Assembly: GCF_006345805.1 (NCBI RefSeq)
Contig: NC_043006.1
Span: forward strand, 82,646,001-82,710,000
Reading direction: 5' to 3'
Length of the DNA stretch: 64,000 bases
Origin: Octopus sinensis
Taxonomy: Eukaryota
The notes under the pieces are model-generated. The model was not told where the DNA came from, did no database searches, and saw only the letters and a program-made list of their open reading frames with translations. A program made the translations under genes and the position numbers. Below are positions 53,421-64,000 of this stretch, piece by piece; position 1 is the first letter of the stretch; every line of letters starts with the position of its first letter.

Positions 53421-53860
53421 CGTTCACTAACATACTTGTTAGGATTGGTACTGTTGAGGGAGCTTGTAAAAGCTGGGTTTTTTCTCTCGTATTACATGGT
53501 GATGCACTTGGAAATCCAATGCAGTTGGAAATCCAATGCTAGATTTAATTGGAGGAAAGATCTATAGTGTATAGGACCTATTTCTTTTATCTCAAGGTAC
53601 AATTTAATATAATTTGCATATTTCAACTCTGTAACATTCTTCAACTTGGCATATATATCCTTTTTCCAGTGACGAAAAGTCACTGATCTCGAAAAAGGGT
53701 AAATGTGGCTAAACAGATAGATAGGTACATAGGTAATACGGACAAACAAGCACACACACGCATACACACACGCACACATACAAACTCATGAAAGTTACTG
53801 GAAAAAGGATATATATATATATTCATTTGGAACCTCGTCACATCAACCACCGGTGATTGT

Positions 53861-53904
53861 CACACGCTGATGACGGGTCAATATCCAGAAACTCGGTCCG
53901 TGTG
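53861..53904 (+). ncRNA. Canonical minimal type I hammerhead ribozyme
   Basis: cacacg-CUGAUGA-cgggt caat atcca-GAAA-ctcg-GUC-cgtgtg; followed by a PLE RT-like remnant (FIIEG.KFIQQNNFFNFNENIYRK, about 53985-54056). Confidence 0.88.
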
Positions 53905-54410
53905 TATAACGTCAGGTTGCAGATGAGAAGGATGGCTTCCCATTGCAAATACTGATAGGGCACCACCCTTAAAGTTTAGCCACATTCATCATTGAGGGAC
54001 CAAAATTCATCCAACAGAATAACTTTTTTAACTTCAATGAGAACATTTACAGAAAAAAATCTGTAAGTTTATAAAGCTAGTAATTTTTAGTGGTGTGTTT
54101 GGGTAAACTGACCATTCATCACAATGATATAAAATTACAACCTTAATATATAATTCAACGAGTGGTCAAACTAAGAAGTTATTTATGACCACTACCATCT
54201 CATCCAAGACAACATCCTTTTCCAGCTCTATAGTATTTTATCTCTTTATCTCTTATTCTACTTTATCATTTTATTTCTTTTGTTAAATTATTCCAATTTT
54301 GGTCAATCTTATATGTGTATCTAACTATATTATACTTATTAGAGTTAAACAATATTTATTAAAAAATAAATAAAATAATGATTTTTCTTATAGACGAAAC
54401 TCCATTAACT

Positions 54411-54907
54411 AAATCTGATACTTAAAACATTAGGATCAGTTACATATAAATGTATCAGTTACATTGCTAAAGTTTTGTGCAGTATTAAATAAATTAACAC
54501 CCAACGAAATCTGATACTTAAAACATTAGGATCAGTTACATATAAATGTATCAGTTACATTGCTAAAGTTTTGTGCAGTATTAAATAAATTAACACCCAA
54601 CGAAATCTAACTATAAACATATACAGGAACACAAACACACAAAACTAACAAGAGTATAACTAGGTTAAAGTTATATATTTTTAAGCTAAAATATATCTGA
54701 TACTTAATGCATTATATCAATACATTTATTATGTCAAATATTTAAGATAAAAAAATGTATTTATCTGTGAAGATATATTGTAGCTTAAAAAAATATACCT
54801 TAAACCTAGTTATATTCTTGTTAGTTTTGTGTTTGTGTTCCTTTAGATGTTTATAGTTAGATTTCGTTAGTCGTTAATTTATTTAATACTGCACAAAACT
54901 TTAGCAA
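54411..54907. repeat. Tandem duplication of about 96 bp followed by an inverted repeat of about 130 bp (54560-54688 / 54781-54907)
   Basis: Direct inspection. Confidence 0.8.
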
Positions 54908-55218
54908 CAGTCAGTGATTATGTAATGCGGCTGTCGACAAAATCAGTAAGGTTCTCTTGCAGCTGGTGCTAAGGCAAGAACAGGCTTTCAAATCTATCGA
55001 CATTCATTGATCATTTGACTGCTGCCATACTGGAATCCCGCCTGTAACAGAATAAATCGACTTATTCTTTCAGAGTCTATAACTTATTCTATTGGTTGCT
55101 ATTGCGGAACCGCTAAGTTGAGGGGACATAAACACACAAACTTCGGTTGTCAAGCGAAGTGGAGCAAAAACACAAGCACACAAATATATATATGAACCTT
55201 GAAACATGTGGTTGGGAA

Positions 55219-55291
<73 letters not shown>

Positions 55292-55518
55292 GATATATAC
55301 ATATACATATATATATGCATGTATGTATATATATATGACTTGTTATGTTTATCGCAAGAGATTTTCTATAGAAATTCTAGCCACCACTGATTTGTTACGA
55401 AGTTTCGTAATGAAAACAACAATGCGGTCGTAGATTTTAAAAAATGGGAAATGTGTGTATAAGCTATATCTCTTGAGTTCCCAGCAAAAATTTTCATCTT
55501 CGATCTTACATATGTATG

Positions 55519-55576
<58 letters not shown>

Positions 55577-57021
55577 CAGGCTTCTTTCAATTTCTGCTAC
55601 GAAATCCATCACCAGTACACATGTCTAAGGTGCAACGCCGTGGAACTGAACCAAGAATCATATTGTTAGAAAGCAAACTTCATACAACACCCTGATAAGC
55701 TTATTTAAATAATAATCGATCGCGACAAATCCTGTCACTGTTTTACCTGTGTAAAAGCAGTCGTCTCCTTTTCGCTCATTGTTGAACAATACTTCCAGGG
55801 GAGAACAACACATCTACGCAGATGACTGTAAAACTATTTTAAATTTCAGAAAAATAAGACAAATATTTTAAGTGGAATAGTGGAGAATCTGAAAATATAT
55901 TTGTACTAATTTTATATATCAGAAAGTGTAAATTATTCACAAAACTGCATTTAGATCGTAAAATCCAGCAGACCGTATCAACGTTATAAATCTCAGTACT
56001 TGCCTGATCTTAAAATGTCTACATTTAGAAAAGACAGTTGTTTTAAAGTTTGTTTACTGATTGTAGCTGTCAGTTTTGTCTGTTTTGTCCTTTCAAAATT
56101 CCAGGTAAGTAAAACTTTGTAAATAGCCATTTTACCAACGTATTTGTGCGCTTTTCTATTTTTACTAAACTTACAGATATGTGTGTGCGTATACATAGCA
56201 ACACGCCTAATATTGAAAATCCATCCGTCTGTTTCTTTCTCTCTTTTTCCATTTCTTACAAAGGTCATCTAAAAAATGCAAAAGGACAAAACAAGAAAAA
56301 AAACCCAGATTTTTAAAACACGCACACCCATGTTCTCTCTCGTTCATCTTCCCCATCCCTCTATTTCATGGAATTCTGGCGCACACAATATGTACGTAAA
56401 AAACACAAATTTAGCGCATTAACATTATATATATATATATTATATATATATATTATATATATATATATATATACATATATATATACATATATATATATAT
56501 AGTATCATTGTTTTATGTAACGAATTAGACATAAAAGGGACGTGAAATTAAATACTAAAACAGAGAAGTTATCAATAACAATGATACTATATGTCACTGG
56601 CGTATGTTCATCCCTTCCTCTCTACCTTTCCCTCTCTCTTTCTACTTATCTGTCTCTGTCATACACTCAATCAAACACACAGACAAAAATTTCTCGGTTT
56701 ACTGCTATATTTATCTGACAACCGGCCCCTACCTATACATGTTTACACACATATACATACATAGACATAAATGCAGTTATATACACACACTCATACACAC
56801 ACATAAGCAATAAATCTTATTAACCAGAGCAAACACACCCGCATCCATATTCATACAGCATGCATAGTGTCCCCTTCCTATTTTCATAAATTCCTCTTCC
56901 AAACATTTTTGACCTCATTGCTTTCAACGGATTTTTAAAATCACTCATTATCACTGTGGTCAATATGTAGCAAGCCATAGAAAAGTTTTTTGTCCGTTTT
57001 GAGGCTGATTGATTTTCTTTG

Positions 57022-57104
57022 ACTTTCCTGATGAAAAGACGGCATAATGCACCTTATTCCTTCAGAATTAAGAATATGCACTCTTCGAAACATGTGTTGA
57101 AATT
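57022..57104 (+). ncRNA. Type I hammerhead ribozyme with long stem II
   Basis: actttc-CUGAUGA-aaga cg gcata...tatgc ac tcttc-GAAA-catgt-GUU-gaaatt. Confidence 0.7.
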
Positions 57105-57148
57105 AAAGGAATTGTGTTAAAATCCTCGTTCGACTCTATTCTTTTATT

Positions 57149-57224
<76 letters not shown>

Positions 57225-57226
<2 letters not shown>

Positions 57227-58200
57227 TGGTTAGGATTTTTTCGTTGGAGTGAATTCTTGGGGTGTTTAATTATGTTGTTTCTTCGTTGAAGGGTAAAGGG
57301 GGTCTCTTGTATATTTCTAGATGCTGGGTAGAAAAAATGATCACTCCTTACTCTAGGCTGGTTTCTTCTAGTGTTTCTAATAGAATGAGAAGTTCCTGTT
57401 ATTAGATAGAGAATGGCTTACTTCTAGGCGTTGGATTACTTTATTGTGTTTGTGTTCTTTTGGATTTTGATTGTTTGATCTAGGTGGATGTGTATTTATT
57501 TGTGTAGATGCATTTGTTGTAGATTTTTTATGAAGGGGTTATCTGAAGTGTATCTGAAGTGTAGTCTCTTTTGAATTGAGTTTCATAATTGAGGAAGAAG
57601 TTAATACTGTTTCCCCATCGTCGCAGGGAGTTTATTTCTTCCGTCTCACAGCTGTCTTTCCATAATTTTAAAATACTTCCAAAAGTTGTCCCTCAGCATG
57701 TTTGGTGAGTTCGGAGTGCATTTACTCATCGATCTTTTTGTATTTTTGTTCGTTACTCGAAGCTCTGAGTTTGATTAACTCAATTTCTATTTTAAATTTT
57801 TCTAATGCTAATTTCTCCCTAAGCTTTCTTTGCTGTTCTGGTTCTTCTGGGATTGGTTTAATTTGAAATTTGCGTGGTAGGATTAACGGTGTTGAGTTAC
57901 ACCATTTGTCGTAAGTTTCTGCTTTATTGTTATTTTTTATCATATTCCAAAAAGAAAATTTCCTTGTGTTGAGATTTTTAGACCAAATATGGTTAACCCG
58001 ACTTTTAATTAAATGTGTTGATGATTCTTTTTCAAAATAATTTGTCAAAAATGAATGCAGTGTCGTGCATAGTTTGTTCAAATTTTGACTAACTTGTTCA
58101 TTGTCTTCTTTGTTCCAATTCCGTTTCTTCTCGGGTACGGTAATTTAGTCCATCTATTTTGTTAGTTAGAATAACTAAATTTGAGTTAATTTCGTTCAAT
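57225..58200 (-). pseudogene. Decayed basic helical ORF, probably the 5' ORF of a retroelement
   Basis: ORF 57722-58081 (IWSKNLNTRKFSFWNM...LILPRKFQIK...) with broken continuation, bounded by microsatellites; family not identified. Confidence 0.4.
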
Positions 58201-58204
58201 TATT

Positions 58205-59700
<1,496 letters not shown>

Positions 59701-61732
59701 AAGTCCCGCCTGAAAATAAAACTGTTGGAAATTGAAAATTGTCTGCAACTCTCCCATGAGAAGGAAAGAGCAGACAAAGAAGCCTGGGCTATAGACAACA
59801 TAAAAACTAACCCCAGAGCTTTCTACAGGTATGCCAAAGAAACAGCTACGGTGCACTGTAGGATAGGGCCACTCCTTGAAAAGGATGGCACACTCACAGG
59901 AAAACCAATGAGGGTAAGTGAAATACTGAATGAACAATTCAAGAGTGTTTTCACTCCACCCCTTGAGCATTTCCAAATCAGCAATCCAACTGACTTTTTT
60001 ACCACTGCAGATATAGAATCAGGGGGCGGCGACGATAAATTACATCGATATAAAGGAAGACGATGTAATAAAGGCTATAGATGAAATGAAAACAGACTCA
60101 GCTATTGGCCCCGATGGATTCCCGGCAATCCTCCTAAAAGTATGTAAGAGAGTCCTAGCAAGACCACTGCAGTTCCTCTTTCAGAGCTTCCTTGCAGCTG
60201 GCAAACTTCCAAGAAAACTGAAGGAAGGTAAAATATGCCCTATTCATAAAGGAGGTAGCAGAGCGGAGGCCAAGAACTACAGACCTATCTCTCTGACCTC
60301 ACACATCAGCAAGGTCATGGAACGAATAGTCAGAAGGAAACTAATCACCTTCCTTGAAGAAAATGACTTGCAGCCTGACACCCAACATGGTTTCCGACCA
60401 GGAAGAAGCTGCTTAACTCAGCTCCTGCAGCACTATGACTGGGTGCTGAAACAACTGCTCAACCACTCAAATGTGGAAGTCATATATCTCGACTTCGCAA
60501 AGGCCTTCGATAAAGTCGATCATGAAATGATATGTCACAAACTGCGTGATCTTGGCATAGTTGGAAAACTAGGAGAATGGCTTCATGACTTTCTGAAGAA
60601 TAGAAGTCAGGTGGTAGCACGCAAATAGTGAGCGGTGTTCCGCAGGGCACTGTTTTGGGACCACTACTGTTCATAATGGCCCTCTCAGACATGCCCTCAG
60701 CCACGCAGAGAGCCACGATCACAAGTTATGCAGATGATACAAAAGTTTCACAGGCAATACAGAACCCTGAAGACACTAAGCACCTGCAATGTGAGCTGGA
60801 CGAAATATACAAGTGGGCTGAAAAGAATAGCATGCAGTTCAATGCTGAAAAGTTTCAAGCTTTATACTATCAGCATGCAAAACTGAATGCAATACACAAT
60901 GAATACACTGGACCCGGAGGGATTGCAATCCCAGAGGCACAATCAGTGCGTGACCTGGGTATTCACATGAGTGATGACGCGACCTTTCATGCACATGTTG
61001 CTAAACTGACAATGAAATGTAGACGGCTGGCTGGATGGATTCTTAGAACCTTTAGAACAAGAGAACAAGAAACCATGATGGTCCTCTGGAAGACACTTGT
61101 CCTAAGCCACTTTGACTATTGCTCTCAGCTATGGTCACCATCCAGTGTCAAGTTGATCACAGAACTTGAGGCGATCCAACGAAGCTACACGAAGAAGATA
61201 GCCTCTGTGCAGCATATGAGCTACTGGGAGAGACTCAAGAGATTAAAGCTCTATTCCATGGAGCGTAGGCGAGAAAGATATGCCATAATATATATCTGGA
61301 AGATCCTGGAAGGTCTTGTCCCAGACTTTGGCATCGAGAGTCACACAAATGCCAGAACCGGACGCCACTGCGTAGTACCAAGGACTCCAAATTTGCCATC
61401 AAGGTGTAGGACAAGATATTGTGATAGCCTGGGCTTCAGAGGCCCACGGCTCTTCAATATCCTCCCGAAGAACCTGAGGGACCTGCATGGTGTAGATGCG
61501 GATGTCTTTAAAGTAGGACTGGATCTCTTCCTGTCAGGTGTCCCGGATGAACCAACTTCACGGCAGGAGGTGCAGATGAGGGCAGCTGCATCGAACTCTC
61601 TCATGCATCAGATGGCGTTTGCTAAAAAGCATCCGTGAGGTAAAACCGTGTAGCAAACCAAATGGCGGTGCCCCAGCATGGCCACAGCTCATTAGCTGAA
61701 ACTGGAAAAATCAAAATCAAAATCAAAAATCA
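59701..61732 (+). mobile_element. 5'-truncated CR1/L2-group LINE with intact 3' end
   Basis: GPDGFP, NYRPISLTS, QHGFRPGRSC, YLDFAKAFD, SGVPQGTVLGP, YADDT; small deletion and frameshift near 60620; tail (AAAATC)n. Confidence 0.95.
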
Positions 61733-61870
61733 TGATGATTTCTTTTGAATGAAACAGTTCTAGTCCTGTAGAAGCTCCTTCTATATAATAAATTAACTTA
61801 CTCTGCTATGTATTGAGTACCCTATCTACTGTGGTTAACCCCGACTCAACCCGGGACCTACATATATATA

Positions 61871-61915
<45 letters not shown>

Positions 61916-61949
61916 ATATATATAACTGACAAAAAACCATTTTGAAAAA

Positions 61950-64000
61950 CTTCTTTATATTTTCACTGTTCAAGAACAGCAACAGCTAGAAAATCAACAG
62001 CCACAACAACAAGAACAACAGAATGAGCCACTCCTAGTTCCCAGCACAATAGCTGACCCTAACATCGGTCAAGCACAACAACAACAACAACAGCCACAGC
62101 AACAAGAACAACAACAGCCACTCCTCAACTCTAGCATACTAGATGATTCACTAAATGCCAGTATCTTTTCACCGCTCTCACGGCAACCACCACAATTATC
62201 ATCATCATCATCATCACCACCGCTGCCACCATCGTCTTCTATCACCAAAAATACCAACAAAAAAACAAATGAGAAACCACTGCTCTCTTCCCCCACATCA
62301 CCACCTCAATACTACTGCAGTAACAAAATCTTAAAGAAACATATGAAGCAGACTGCGCCCCCCACGTCACAAACAAGAAACCCCAAAATTTGCCGCTATT
62401 CACTGCGCCAGAGGCTCTGCACAAATAGTGACTGCATCTTCACGCATCTATCTGGCACTAGACGCACTACCGGCCAAGGCTAAAGCACGCATCCCACAAT
62501 AACATCAACACCACCAAATAGTAAATCGAAATTCAAAACACACACAACTCGGAGTCCCAAAATCTGCCGGTATTCCCAACGTGAGAGAATATGTCTGCTG
62601 AGTGACTGTCCCTTCACTCATCTTCCAGGGACCCGACGCACAAACAGAAACGGAACTTCAAGCCAACACACAAACCTGAATAAAAATAAAAATAAAAACA
62701 CACCATGCTGCAGTAATGCTGGTCCAGTCTTTTCAGGAAGACACAAAACCAACAACAACAAAAGTGGAAACTACAACCCTATCCAACAGTGCAACCACAC
62801 CTCCAGCCAAAAACTGCTCCCTAAGCAGGAAAATTCTTTTTTAGCCATGTTGAACATGGCAAAAGAGATACACAAAAATATTCTAGCCATCACTCAACAC
62901 CATCCTATGCTATTACCCCAGTGCACCAATTCCCCACCTTGCTGCCACTAACACACACAAAAAATCCAAGCCCCCTGCAACAGTCAAAACCAGCCACTAC
63001 ACTAACCTCCACATTTCTACTCAATGCACAAGGTGTCAGCCCTTCCATCAATGCACAAAAATAGAAGGTCCTATTCATTGAAGACTGGGTTGGTAACCAT
63101 CCACACCACATCCCTTTCTTCATTCTCACTGAGACCCACCTTGACAACTCCCACTTGGAAGCCGAAGTGAGAGTGAAGAATTTCACAACCATCCGCGCGG
63201 ATCGTATCGGCAGAAGGAAGGGTGGAACTGCCATTTTCCAGCATGATTCGTTTACGGCAGATGGAAATAGTATATTCTCCAACGGCTACTGTGAATCAGT
63301 CACCGTGCACAACAAAGCCAATGACCTGACAGTAATTGGGCTCTATAGGCCGCCCCAAACACCCATACTGTGCTTTAAAGAATGCCTCAACAGCATTAAG
63401 TGCTTTATTCAACAGTGCCATTCTAGCAACCTACTCATGATGGGAGACTTCAATCTACCCTGTGTTGACTGGACTACAAACTGTTTGAAACCAAGCACTC
63501 CCGCCTCAACCGCTGACAAAGAAGCAGCAGAGTCACTTTTCGACTTTACGAATGAGTTTTTCTTGTCCCAACTTGTCCTTGCACCAACAAGATATCAGAA
63601 CATTTTGGACCTAGTGTTTAGTAACCACACTAACACTATACATAATGTTACAGTGGAAAAAAACCTTCTTTCAGACCATGACATGGTTCTCTGTAACATG
63701 AAATTCCACCAGCCGAAAGCTAATCCTAGTGACCTCCCTCCAGCCCACCCATTTGACAACATGGATCTCCATAATGCCAACTGGGATGCAATCAGGAACG
63801 AGCTATCACATGTTGACTGGTCCTTTACACATACACACATCTCCACCAACCATAAAACATCTTGGCAGATCTTTGTAGACACCGTCACAGACATATGTGC
63901 AAAACACTCCCCACCAAGACCTGTGAACAAAAAGTGCAGAATCCCCCAAAACAGAAAAACCATTATCATAAAAATAAAAAGAACAAACAAAAAAATTAAC
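61950..64000 (+). mobile_element. 5' part of another LINE: low-complexity 5' region, then an apurinic-like endonuclease (from about 63005), running off the window
   Basis: LLNAQG, LTETHL, RADRIGRRKGGTAIF, GLYRPP, MGDFNLPCVDW, PTR..NILDLVFSN, SDH. Confidence 0.88.

Overview
AT-rich, microsatellite-laden eukaryotic DNA, most likely from an octopus or related coleoid cephalopod, judged from its OK-like and OR-like tRNA-derived SINEs. One host gene is reconstructed by eye: a six-exon, roughly 46 kb METTL24/Methyltransf_22-like gene on the + strand (1298-47606, 263 aa) with an N-terminal membrane anchor and phase-consistent GT-AG junctions. The rest is mobile DNA: CR1/L2-group LINEs, an RTE LINE with three C2H2 fingers, Dong/R4 and CRE-like fragments, Tx1/L1-like elements, Penelope-like elements (PLEs), Helitrons, a mariner and MITEs. 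Two unexplained patterns stand out. First, about 15 intact or decayed type I hammerhead ribozyme (HHR) motifs occur, mostly in PLE-type fold-back repeats, several of them sense-oriented in the gene's introns or 3' region. Second, in a 3.4 kb inverted composite (20161-23523), two different Tx1/L1-like non-autonomous elements end at the same 20-bp site in the extended stem I of an HHR. This suggests a sequence-specific retrotransposon family that targets a ribozyme-bearing element. Nearly all long ORF-track entries made of I/Y/C/V/H/T are microsatellite artefacts. All calls are by inspection only, with no database searches or folding runs.
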